Assembly (NCBI GenBank): GCA_038320545.1
Contig: JBBQEI010000002.1
Location: 59,185-123,184, forward strand
Source: Bacteroidales bacterium
GTDB lineage: Bacteria > Bacteroidota > Bacteroidia > Bacteroidales > JAAUTT01
Reading direction: 5' to 3'
DNA: 64,000 nt
Shown here: positions 48,081 to 56,762 of the stretch, piece by piece
How positions within the stretch are numbered: position 1 is the stretch's first letter
Layout: each line of letters begins with the position of its first letter
Made by a program: the position numbers and the translations under genes
The notes under the pieces: model-generated
The model's input: only the letters and a program-made list of their open reading frames with translations
The model's database searches: none
What the model was told of the DNA's origin: nothing

Positions 48081-49346
48081 TTATTTCAGGTTTATCATAC
48101 GGTTTATCTCATCCATAACAGTTTGCAAAGAAAGCTTATATTCTGCAGCTATTTTAATGCAATCGTCGTATTCAGGTTTAGCTTTGATGGCTTTGCCATT
48201 CATCAGGCCATATTTAATTGTAACAGGACCCCATTGAGTTTCAAGAGATTCCCATTTGCGTTCTAACTTCTTTTTTTCGCAATCAATCACTCGTATACCC
48301 AACGTGGATGTTTCGGTAAAAATAATGTAAAGCAGATTATCAACCCTATCATTTTTAGCCAAAACAGATAATTTTTGTGCCGGACGATTCTTTTTCATCA
48401 TGATAGGTTCAAAGAATACATCATCAGCACCAGCTTCAAAAAGACGGTCCATGATATATCCGAAACCTTCAGGCGACATATCGTCGATATTACACTCTAT
48501 TAAAATACTTTTTTCAGTTTCCCATGTTTCATTCACCTTAGAATCTTCGGCTAACATTACCCGAAGCACGTTGGGGATATCAAAGTCTTTATGGCCAATA
48601 CCATAAGCTATTTTAAGAGGAACAAATTCATTTTTATCAGAAAAGCTACTGCATAATGAAGCTAAAATGGCCGCTCCTGTCGGAGTTGTTGTTTCAAAGT
48701 TAACAGCTCCTGTTTTTACCGGGATACCTTTAAATATCTCAGCAGTAGCAGGTGCCGGGACAGGAAAAGTTCCATGTGCACATTTCACAAAACCACCACC
48801 TAACTGAGGTGGAGTAGAGAGAATTTTGTCAGGATTTATAAAATCAATGCATATTGCAGCACCTACAATATCAACTATCGAATCGACAGCTCCCACTTCA
48901 TGAAAATGTACTTCCGAAATAGGTTTTCCATGAATTTTGCCCTCGGCAACCGCTATCCTGTGAAACATATCGAGGCTGATTGTCTTTACTTTTTCACTCA
49001 AACTGCTGCTTTCAATTAAATTCTTTATGTCGGTATAGGTTCTGTCGTGATGATCGGTATTCTGTATAACAGGGTGTGTGTGACTTCCGGTAGCTACCTT
49101 AAAACTTTGTGGATTTAGTTTAATGTTCGACTTTTCTACAACATTTTCATCTTTGAGGATAACTTCCAATTTCGTTCCTTCAATACCTTTTTTTTGGGTT
49201 TTGATAATTTTTATTTCATAACCGGTAACATTCAATTTGCTAAGTTCTGATTTCAGATACCCGATATCTACACCAAGGTCGATCATTGCACCCAGGTTCA
49301 TATCTCCGCTAATTCCCGAAAAGCAATCGTAAAATAAGATCTTCAT
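48081..49346 (-). CDS. larC: nickel insertion protein LarC (DUF111)
   Basis: 421 aa. The N-terminus MKILFYDCFSGISGDMNLGAMIDLGV and the HFHEVGAVDSIVDIVG segment are LarC hallmarks. Confidence 0.85.
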   Translation of the reverse strand: MKILFYDCFSGISGDMNLGAMIDLGVDIGYLKSELSKLNVTGYEIKIIKTQKKGIEGTKLEVILKDENVVEKSNIKLNPQSFKVATGSHTHPVIQNTDHHDRTYTDIKNLIESSSLSEKVKTISLDMFHRIAVAEGKIHGKPISEVHFHEVGAVDSIVDIVGAAICIDFINPDKILSTPPQLGGGFVKCAHGTFPVPAPATAEIFKGIPVKTGAVNFETTTPTGAAILASLCSSFSDKNEFVPLKIAYGIGHKDFDIPNVLRVMLAEDSKVNETWETEKSILIECNIDDMSPEGFGYIMDRLFEAGADDVFFEPIMMKKNRPAQKLSVLAKNDRVDNLLYIIFTETSTLGIRVIDCEKKKLERKWESLETQWGPVTIKYGLMNGKAIKAKPEYDDCIKIAAEYKLSLQTVMDEINRMINLK

Positions 49347-49399
49347 AAAAAAAGGTTAAATGAATAACATCAAAAAATGCTAATTATTTGACAAGTATC

Positions 49400-49407
49400 C
49401 AAATTTA
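49400..49407 (-). promoter_or_regulatory. -7 box TAAATTTG (minus strand) for larC-larB
   Basis: Plus strand caaattta, about 55 nt upstream of the larC ATG at 49346. Confidence 0.4.
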
Positions 49408-49530
49408 ATACAATGATCGCAATAAATTAATTTAGACTAGATATTAATTAATCCGTAACTCTTATTTTTACAGTGTTAATAGAGAAAATTGCTGTAAATT
49501 GTACGCCAAACACATTAAATTAACTTAACA

Positions 49531-50445
49531 ATGGAAAGACGGGATTTCTTACGAAGAAGCATGTATGCTGGTATCGCAACTGGTACTGGCGTAGCCCTAG
49601 GTTCATTCGAAAATATTTTAGCAGGTAATTATGCTGCGCCTTATGATATGGTGGCTGCCAGAGGCGGAGAAGCAGAAATTATGTTTGAAAAAGCTATTGC
49701 CTCTTTAGGAGGTATGAAAGCATATGTTAAAAAGAATCAAACTGTAGTTGTAAAGCCTAATATTGGCTGGGATGTTTCTCCAGAAAAAGCTGCAAATACA
49801 AACCCAAAACTTATTGCTAAAATTGTTGAGCATTGTTTACAGGCAGGTGCAAAAGATGTTTTTGTTTTTGACAATACTTGCGACAACTGGCAGAAATGCT
49901 ATACCAACAGTGGTATAGAAAAAGCAGTTAAAGATGCAGGTGGAAAAATTGTTTCCGGTAAAAGCGAGAGTTATTACCAGGAAGTTAAAGTTCCCAAAGG
50001 TGTTAAACTGAAAAATGCAAAGGTTCATGAATTAATTCTAAGTTCCGACGTGTTTATCAATGTTCCTGTATTGAAAAGTCATGGTGGTGCAACACTTTCC
50101 ATTGCCATGAAAAATTTAATGGGAATAGTATGGGATAGGGGTTTTTGGCACAAGAATGATTTACACCAGTGTATAGCTGATTTTGCAACATTCAGACAAC
50201 CCGATTTGAATATTGTAGATGCTTACCGTGTAATGAAGAAAAATGGTCCACGTGGGGTATCAGTTGAAGACGTAGTTACAATGAAAGCTCAGCTTATAGG
50301 GAAAGATATGGTTGCTATCGACGCAGCAGCTACTAAGTTGTTTGGACTGGAGCCTGCTAACATTGGACATATTATCAATGCTGAAAAACTTGGCATCGGA
50401 ACTACAAATCTTGATAAATTAAATATAAACAGAATAAAAGTATAA
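49531..50445 (+). CDS. Tat-exported DUF362 domain protein
   Basis: 304 aa with the twin-arginine signal MERRDFLRRSMYAGIATGTGVALG. The VVVKPNIGW and VPVLKSHGGATLSIAMKNLMG blocks are typical of DUF362. Confidence 0.8.
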   Translation: MERRDFLRRSMYAGIATGTGVALGSFENILAGNYAAPYDMVAARGGEAEIMFEKAIASLGGMKAYVKKNQTVVVKPNIGWDVSPEKAANTNPKLIAKIVEHCLQAGAKDVFVFDNTCDNWQKCYTNSGIEKAVKDAGGKIVSGKSESYYQEVKVPKGVKLKNAKVHELILSSDVFINVPVLKSHGGATLSIAMKNLMGIVWDRGFWHKNDLHQCIADFATFRQPDLNIVDAYRVMKKNGPRGVSVEDVVTMKAQLIGKDMVAIDAAATKLFGLEPANIGHIINAEKLGIGTTNLDKLNINRIKV

Positions 50446-50450
50446 TAGAT

Positions 50451-52013
50451 ATGTACAGATATTTGAAAGGGATCAGGGTAACCTTATCCCTTCTTTTCTT
50501 TATAGGAATTACTTTTCTTTTTCTTGACTTTACGGAACTCATATCTACATCCGTTTTTAAAGGAATCACATTTTTACAATTTGTTCCTTCAGTCATTAAA
50601 TTTTTATCAATAGGAGGGTTTATAACATTAGGATTTTTAGTAATTCTGATTATAAACCTGCTTATAGGAAGAGTATATTGTTCCAGTGTTTGTCCTTTGG
50701 GCGTAATGCAGGACATTGTCGGCTTTTTTTCAAAACGTTTCCGGAAAAAGAAATTCAGGTTTAAATATTCCAAGCCACATAATATATTGAGATTTGGAAT
50801 TTTGGGAGTAGTGATTTTAGCTATCCTGTTTGGTAGCATTTCATTGCTTTCGCTATTGGACCCATATAGCGTTTATGGCCGTATGACATCCGATTTTGCA
50901 CGACCGTTATATATACTGGGAAATAATGTTATTGCCGGTGTTTTTGAGAAATTACATCTCTATGGAACTTATGTAGTCGATATTAAAAAAGTGAATTGGG
51001 CAGCCATAATTATCCCTTCCGTTTTTTTAATAACTATAACTTGGATGGCCATTACCAAAGGTCGGCTGTACTGTAATACAATTTGTCCTGTGGGTTCATT
51101 TTTAGGGCTTGTTTCGAAAGTTTCCATGTTTAAACTAAACATTGAAGAAACCAGTTGCACTAAATGCGGAAAATGTTCATTTGCCTGTAAGTCGTCCTGT
51201 ATCAGTATTAAAACCCAGAAGATAGATTTCTCACGTTGTGTAAGTTGCTATAATTGTGTTAGCTCCTGTTCCACTAATAGTGTCAAATACAAGTTAGCCT
51301 GGATACCTGTTAAAAAAAGTAAGTCAATAATAACCACCGATTCCGGGAAAAGAGACTTTTTGGTTAAAAGTGCAGTTATAACTGCAGGAGCTTTGGGTAT
51401 ATCAAATGTTTTAAAGGCAGCAGCCAATAAAGGTGTGAAACTTATTCCATACAAGAAAAAACATCTTGTTTCGCCTCCGGGTTCCAGAAGTATTGAGCAT
51501 TTCTCTAATAAATGCACAGCATGTCATTTGTGTGTGAGTGCATGTCCATCGGGAGTATTACAACCCCGCTTTTTCGAAAGTGGCCTTTCTCAATTGCTAC
51601 AACCGCATGTTGATCCGCTGGCCGGGTACTGTAATTTCGAATGTACACGTTGTGGTGAAATTTGTCCAACCGGGGCAATTCTGCCATTGACAGTTGAAGA
51701 GAAGAAAACAACCCAGACGGGCGTTGTAAATTTTATTAAGGATAATTGCATTGTTTATACCAATAATACTGCTTGTGGCTCGTGCTCGGAACATTGCCCC
51801 ACTCAGGCAGTAAAAATGGTACCTTATAAAGGTAAACTTACCATTCCTGAAGTAAACCAGGAAATATGTATTGGATGCGGTGCCTGTGAACACGCCTGCC
51901 CGGTTAATCCATACAGGGCTATCTATGTGGATGGGAATACTGTTCAAAAGATTGTCAAAAAGCCTGAATCTAAAAAACTGGAAGAAAAAGAAATGGAAGA
52001 ATTTCCATTTTAA
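50451..52013 (+). CDS. membrane-bound polyferredoxin (NapH/MauN-like TM domain plus multiple 4Fe-4S motifs)
   Basis: 520 aa with N-terminal TM helices carrying two CxxxCP motifs (YCSSVCPLG, YCNTICPVG). There are four full CxxCxxCxxxC motifs (CTKCGKCSFAC, CVSCYNCVSSC, CTACHLCVSAC, CIGCGACEHAC) and two CxxCxxxCP motifs. It starts 5 nt after the DUF362 gene. Confidence 0.8.
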   Translation: MYRYLKGIRVTLSLLFFIGITFLFLDFTELISTSVFKGITFLQFVPSVIKFLSIGGFITLGFLVILIINLLIGRVYCSSVCPLGVMQDIVGFFSKRFRKKKFRFKYSKPHNILRFGILGVVILAILFGSISLLSLLDPYSVYGRMTSDFARPLYILGNNVIAGVFEKLHLYGTYVVDIKKVNWAAIIIPSVFLITITWMAITKGRLYCNTICPVGSFLGLVSKVSMFKLNIEETSCTKCGKCSFACKSSCISIKTQKIDFSRCVSCYNCVSSCSTNSVKYKLAWIPVKKSKSIITTDSGKRDFLVKSAVITAGALGISNVLKAAANKGVKLIPYKKKHLVSPPGSRSIEHFSNKCTACHLCVSACPSGVLQPRFFESGLSQLLQPHVDPLAGYCNFECTRCGEICPTGAILPLTVEEKKTTQTGVVNFIKDNCIVYTNNTACGSCSEHCPTQAVKMVPYKGKLTIPEVNQEICIGCGACEHACPVNPYRAIYVDGNTVQKIVKKPESKKLEEKEMEEFPF

Positions 52014-52231
52014 GTAAGGGGTTCCCAACAGTTGTCTTTAATAAAATTGGGAGGCAAAATGTATAAGCTTTTTTGCAATTTGGGTGGCGGGTGAGCATTT
52101 AGCGAATTGTAAATGTGCTTGGCCTAGTAGGTTGGCATTCTCGGTTTTGCAGTTTGATTGTTGTATTTATTAGTTGATTTTTTGAAACCAGTTCGCTTCC
52201 TGTTTTTTCAGACGATAGCCCATAGTTTTTG

Positions 52232-52632
52232 TTAATTAATGTTTTTGGGATTAAGATACTTTAAGCCCAAAGCTTCTATTCGTTTAAAATCGATATCATT
52301 ATCTGACAATAGGATTAAGCCATAAACCAATGCTATAGCAGCAATAATAGCATCAGGAAGTTTAATTTTATTAAAGGTTTTTCTGATTTTAATAGCTGCA
52401 GTAATTATTTCATCGTTTACAAAAATCACTTCAGCACCATTTATAAATTCCTCTCTAATATGAATATCTTCCTGAACTGTAGGAATCCAGACAAGCAATC
52501 GATTTTAGTTATAAAGGAGATTTTAAAATCACTATCAACCAAATCATCCGTTAAATTCTAAAGAATTTAACGGAAAGATTTCGTCAAGATATTAATAACC
52601 GCACAAGTATCGATCAAATATCTCGCTCCCAT
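52232..52632 (-). pseudogene. decayed PIN-domain (VapC-like) toxin gene
   Basis: From ATG 52632 the frame reads MGARYLIDTCAVINILTKSFR*IL*NLTDDLVDSDFKISFITKI, with two in-frame stops. A frameshift near 52500 joins the listed 88-aa ORF (…EFINGAEVIFVNDEIITAAIKIRK…KLPDAIIAAIALVYGLILLSDNDIDFKRIE), which is the PIN C-terminal half. Confidence 0.7.
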
Positions 52633-52931
52633 TCGTTTCGTAAAGATGAAAGTTGGTCGTTAATTTCTTTTTCCGACTGTTTTGTTGTTTTCCCTCTCAA
52701 ATGGGACAGCCTTTTAGAATCTTTGCAGACTGGATCAGAGAAAATGTCAATAAGGAGCAAATCGTTTTTTAAAAAGTACACCCTATTATCTTCTATTCGG
52801 CAAATGCTTCCGTTTGAAATTAGAGTTATCGGCAATTCATGATAAGGCAGCCAATTATAATTTCTTTTATATGTTACTTTAGGTTCTTTCACTATTGTTT
52901 TCATCACGATGTCCTTCTTTTGTTTCAACAA
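52614..52931 (-). CDS. putative antitoxin partner of the decayed PIN toxin
   Basis: The ORF is intact and its 3' end overlaps the toxin ATG by 19 nt, a typical TA operon layout. The C-terminus …QLSSLRNEWERDI is antitoxin-like. The true start may be the internal ATG at 52904. Confidence 0.45.
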   Translation of the reverse strand: MLKQKKDIVMKTIVKEPKVTYKRNYNWLPYHELPITLISNGSICRIEDNRVYFLKNDLLLIDIFSDPVCKDSKRLSHLRGKTTKQSEKEINDQLSSLRNEWERDI

Positions 52932-53106
52932 ACTTATATTTACTCAACTTCATAATAATACAAAAAATTATGATACAATATTTAGATGAATATTCATTAA
53001 TATCCATTAAACCATGTGCTACTTGATTTCGTAAATTTAATCCGGTTTTTTCAGTTAGTACATATTTAATCAGGAATAGGCGGGTATAAACCCATATCGC
53101 AGGCAT
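52879..53106 (-). pseudogene. C-terminal remnant of a DUF4209-family gene
   Basis: Only about 75 codons are present. LTEKTGLNLRNQVAHGLMD matches the conserved LRNxxAHG C-terminal motif of DUF4209 proteins, which are normally several hundred aa. No upstream continuation is found. Confidence 0.5.
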
Positions 53107-53242
53107 ACAGCCTGCAAAAACAAATGGTGTCTCTTTAGGACTGGACGTTGCTCCGTCCTTTGTTATCTCATGCTTTCAGCCTGAAAAACGGAAAGGCGAT
53201 AATTTTACCAAAATAAAATATTAACCCTTAATTCGCATTATT

Positions 53243-53277
53243 ACTTTTTACTTTTTACTTCCTACTTCCTACTACCT
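53243..53277 (-). repeat. heptanucleotide tandem array (5 units) overlapping the lepB stop codon
   Basis: Plus strand: acttttt acttttt acttcct acttcct actacct. Minus strand: aggtagt aggaagt aggaagt aaaaagt aaaaagt. The unit type (nnnAAGT) matches the array at 31127-31154, which lies on the opposite strand. Confidence 0.8.
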
Positions 53278-54660
53278 GTCAGCCCAGGTAAACATTCTTC
53301 TCCAGCGAATATTGGCAGGGAAATTTTTTTCCTTATCCAACGATAGCCAAACGAATTTAGGTGCACCAACAATATGATCTTCGGGTACAAAACCCCAGAA
53401 TCTTGAATCGGCAGAATTATGGCGGTTGTCACCCATCATAAAGTAGTAATCCATTTTAAAAGTATAACTGGTTGCCGGTTTTCCATTGATAAGAATTGTA
53501 CTGTCTTTTATCTCAAATGTATTGCCTTCGTAAGGACAAATTATACGTTGGTACAACACAATATTATTCATATCAATTTGCACAGTAACCCCTTTCTTTG
53601 GAATAACCAAGGGGCCAAAATTATCCTCATTCCATGGGTATTTAGGACTGTGAGGGAAAATGTGATCGTGATATTCACCCTTTTCGTAAAAAGTATTGTT
53701 AATCGATTTTATCCCGGGGATAGACTTTAATTTTTCCAGGTTTTCTGAAGTCAGAAAAATGGAATATGTATATTCTGATCCATTTTCCTTCCAGAACTCA
53801 TCTTTATATATTCCCATTTTTTCCAATAATAGCGGGTTAATACCAGAGCCATCGGTAACAACTAAATACCGGTATTGAACTTTTTTAATGTCGTTTTGTG
53901 GCTTGCCATTTATATACACATGTCCATCAATAATTTCCAGTTTATCGCCAGGTATGGCAACACATCGTTTAATATAATTATCTCTTCTGTCGACCGGACG
54001 TGAAACAATATGATATTGGTTCCACAAAGCTTCGCGTGCGGTGGAATAATAAAATTGATCGGATTTTAAATTAGCCCCGTCATTGTATTTCTGTTGATTC
54101 ACATATTCCTGAATGATAGCATAATAACTTCTTTCAGGGTTTTCAGTCACAACAGTATCTCCTTCAGGAAAATTAAAAACAACAATATTATCATTTTTAA
54201 CGGTATGGAACCCTGCTAATCTCTTATATGGCCACTGAATCCATTCCAGGTACGATTTGGTATGGGTAGAAAGAGGCATTGTATTTTGAGTAAAAGGGAA
54301 TGCAAGAGGAGTATTAGGGATTTTAGGGCCGAATTTTAACTTACTCACATAAAGATGATCACCAATTAACAAGGTCTTTTCCATCGAACCTGTTGGAATC
54401 TTATAGTTCTGGAATAAAAAAACATTGATAAGGGTTACAGCTACAACAGCAAAAATAAGAGCATCGATCCATTCAACAACGGTACTGTTTTTACCATCAC
54501 GCCTTTTCCATGGTGTCCAGTTTACTTTTTTGGTGATATAAATATCATAAATCACAGGGATACCAAGCAAAAGCCAGCCATTCCACACCCAAATTACCCA
54601 CAACAGGTATAATGTTACTGCTATACCAAACTTAACATACTTGTTACTTAAAAAGCTCAT
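53272..54660 (-). CDS. lepB: signal peptidase I
   Basis: 462 aa with an N-terminal TM segment, Ser box IPTGSMEKTLLIGD and box E GDNRHNSADSRFWGFVPEDHIVG. Confidence 0.95.
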   Translation of the reverse strand: MSFLSNKYVKFGIAVTLYLLWVIWVWNGWLLLGIPVIYDIYITKKVNWTPWKRRDGKNSTVVEWIDALIFAVVAVTLINVFLFQNYKIPTGSMEKTLLIGDHLYVSKLKFGPKIPNTPLAFPFTQNTMPLSTHTKSYLEWIQWPYKRLAGFHTVKNDNIVVFNFPEGDTVVTENPERSYYAIIQEYVNQQKYNDGANLKSDQFYYSTAREALWNQYHIVSRPVDRRDNYIKRCVAIPGDKLEIIDGHVYINGKPQNDIKKVQYRYLVVTDGSGINPLLLEKMGIYKDEFWKENGSEYTYSIFLTSENLEKLKSIPGIKSINNTFYEKGEYHDHIFPHSPKYPWNEDNFGPLVIPKKGVTVQIDMNNIVLYQRIICPYEGNTFEIKDSTILINGKPATSYTFKMDYYFMMGDNRHNSADSRFWGFVPEDHIVGAPKFVWLSLDKEKNFPANIRWRRMFTWADR

Positions 54661-54698
54661 GTTTCTTAATTAAATAGTTTTGTAGATATGAATATCAA

Positions 54699-55415
54699 TT
54701 AAATAGAGAGTAAGTCGTCCATTGTAAATACTCCTTTTTTATTGTAAATATACTCGGCGGCAAGCACAGCTCCAAATGCAAATCCTTTTCTGCTTTTTGC
54801 GCTGTGAGTAATTTCGATATAATCAACGGGAGAATCGTAATTTATAGTATGTATGCCCGGTACATTTTCACGGCGGACAGCCGTTATTTTTAGTTTATCT
54901 GCCGAATCATCTTTGTCGAGCTGCCACGTAGTTTTTCGATCAATTTGTTTTAAAATATCATCTGCAAGAGAAATAGCTGTTCCACTGGGTGCATCCAATT
55001 TTTGTGTATGGTGGGTTTCTTCAATGGCAACATTATAATTGTCGAACCTGTTCATGATTTTAGCCAAAAAAGCATTTATTTTAAAGAATATATTCACTCC
55101 TAGGCTATAATTTGAGGACCAGATAAAGGAACGATTTTCTTTAAGACATATTTTTTTTGCTACTTCAACTTTCTCGCTCCAGCCAGTTGAACCACTTACT
55201 ACCGGAATATCTGCTTCAAAACATTTTAATACATTCTGATAAGCAATTTCAGGATTTGTAAACTCTATGGCAACATCAGCATTTTTAAGGTTTTCAACAG
55301 TTAATTCGTTTTGGTTGTTGATGTCAATGATAAGAGAGATGGTGTGGTTTCGTTGCAAAGCAACGGCTTCAATTTCTTTTCCCATTTTCCCATAACCAAT
55401 CAGGGCAATTTTCAT
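54699..55415 (-). CDS. dapB: 4-hydroxy-tetrahydrodipicolinate reductase
   Basis: 238 aa. MKIALIGYGKMGK Rossmann start and the EETHHTQKLDAPSGTA signature. Confidence 0.9.
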   Translation of the reverse strand: MKIALIGYGKMGKEIEAVALQRNHTISLIIDINNQNELTVENLKNADVAIEFTNPEIAYQNVLKCFEADIPVVSGSTGWSEKVEVAKKICLKENRSFIWSSNYSLGVNIFFKINAFLAKIMNRFDNYNVAIEETHHTQKLDAPSGTAISLADDILKQIDRKTTWQLDKDDSADKLKITAVRRENVPGIHTINYDSPVDYIEITHSAKSRKGFAFGAVLAAEYIYNKKGVFTMDDLLSI

Positions 55416-55458
55416 ATTTTTTATAATCTTAAAAGAAAAACAATGTGGTTAAAATAAC

Positions 55459-55486
55459 AAAAAAAGGGAAGCAAACAGCTTCCCTT
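55459..55486 (-). terminator. rho-independent terminator after rplT
   Basis: On the minus strand, gggaagc-tgttt-gcttccc is followed by ttttttt. Confidence 0.8.
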
Positions 55487-55510
55487 TGAATTATATTTTA
55501 TTGAAAGCAA

Positions 55511-55861
55511 CTAAGCAGCTTTTACTTTTTTAACAATTGCTTCGAAAGCAGTTGGATTATTTAAAGCTAAATCGGCAAGTACTTTACGATTAAGTAATAT
55601 TCCGGATTTATTTAATTTATCGATGAACTGAGAGTAAGACAAATCGAACGGACGAACACCTGCATTGATACGTTGTATCCATAATGCCCTGAAACTTCTT
55701 TTTTTAGCACGACGGTCGCGGTAAGCATATTGCAAACCTTTTTCAAGGGTGTTTTTTGCAACTGTCCAAACATTTCTTCTGGACAGGAAGTTACCTTTTG
55801 TTAACTTAAGCAGTTTTTTTCTTCTTGCTCTGGAAGCTACTGAATTTACTGAACGTGGCAT
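55511..55861 (-). CDS. rplT: 50S ribosomal protein L20
   Basis: 116 aa. [23 protein letters not shown]…[11 protein letters not shown]. Confidence 0.97.
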   Translation of the reverse strand: MPRSVNSVASRARRKKLLKLTKGNFLSRRNVWTVAKNTLEKGLQYAYRDRRAKKRSFRALWIQRINAGVRPFDLSYSQFIDKLNKSGILLNRKVLADLALNNPTAFEAIVKKVKAA

Positions 55862-55938
55862 TTTAAATTACATTACGAATGGTTAGCGCCCTGTCTAAGG
55901 ATCTTTTAAGCTAATTCACTCAGGTTAACACTAAAAAA

Positions 55939-56136
55939 TTATTTTAAGCACAACATGTACTTAACATTGGAAACATCAGTTTTATCTACAAGACTAAAAG
56001 CAGTTAATGCTCTTTTTCTTTTGGTAGACTTTTTTGTCAGAATGTGGCGTTTAAAAGCCTGTTTCCTTTTGATTTTCCCTGTTCCGGTAAGTGTAAATCT
56101 CTTTTTAGCACCGGAATTTGTCTTCATCTTTGGCAT
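55939..56136 (-). CDS. rpmI: 50S ribosomal protein L35
   Basis: 65 aa. [36 protein letters not shown]. Confidence 0.95.
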   Translation of the reverse strand: MPKMKTNSGAKKRFTLTGTGKIKRKQAFKRHILTKKSTKRKRALTAFSLVDKTDVSNVKYMLCLK

Positions 56137-56164
56137 TATACAACTATTTAAATTGATTAAAAGT

Positions 56165-56722
56165 TTACTTCTTAGGTTTAGGAGATAAGGTCATTATCAT
56201 TCTTTTGCCTTCTAACCTTGGAAGCTGTTCAACTTTTCCATATTCTTCGAGGTCCTGGGCAAAACGCAATAATAATATCTCTCCCTGTTCTTTATATAAA
56301 ATCGATCGTCCTTTAAAGAATACGAAAGCTTTTACTTTCGAACCATCATCTAAAAAGCTGATGGCATGTTTTAGCTTAAAGTTGTAATCGTGATCATCAG
56401 TATTTGGCCCAAAACGAATTTCTTTTACAACAACCTTGGTTGTTTTAGCTTTAATTTCTTTTTGTTTCTTTTTCTGTTGATACAAAAACTTTTGAAAATC
56501 AGCAATTTTGCAAACCGGTGGGTCTGCATTAGGCGAAATTTCAATAAGATCGAGTTCCAATTCGTCAGCTAATTTTAAGGCGTCACTGAGAGGAACTACT
56601 CCCGGATTTTCAATATTTTCACCAACCAATCTTACCTGGCGAGCCCTGATTTTTTCATTGATAGCATATTTGGGCTCTTGAATTCTGTGATGCTGTTGTT
56701 TTTGCGGAGCAGGATTTTGCAT
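56165..56722 (-). CDS. infC: translation initiation factor IF-3
   Basis: 185 aa. [18 protein letters not shown]…, the PPVCKIADF linker region and the C-domain [14 protein letters not shown]. An in-frame TAA two codons upstream fixes the ATG at 56722 as the start. Confidence 0.95.
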   Translation of the reverse strand: MQNPAPQKQQHHRIQEPKYAINEKIRARQVRLVGENIENPGVVPLSDALKLADELELDLIEISPNADPPVCKIADFQKFLYQQKKKQKEIKAKTTKVVVKEIRFGPNTDDHDYNFKLKHAISFLDDGSKVKAFVFFKGRSILYKEQGEILLLRFAQDLEEYGKVEQLPRLEGKRMIMTLSPKPKK

Positions 56723-56762
56723 GCTTTAAGCAGATCTTTTTCGTGTTATTTAAAATGAATAA

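Noticed and set aside
55416-55510. Bacteroidales-1 RNA motif, reported to lie downstream of rplT in Bacteroidales
   Set aside because: The 95-nt spacer shows only a simple terminator hairpin. I cannot evaluate the motif without a covariance model, so no ncRNA is called.
56165-56722. Non-canonical (AUU-type) start codon for infC, as in E. coli
   Set aside because: An in-frame TAA lies two codons upstream of the ATG at 56722, so a normal ATG start fits. No autoregulatory unusual start is evident.
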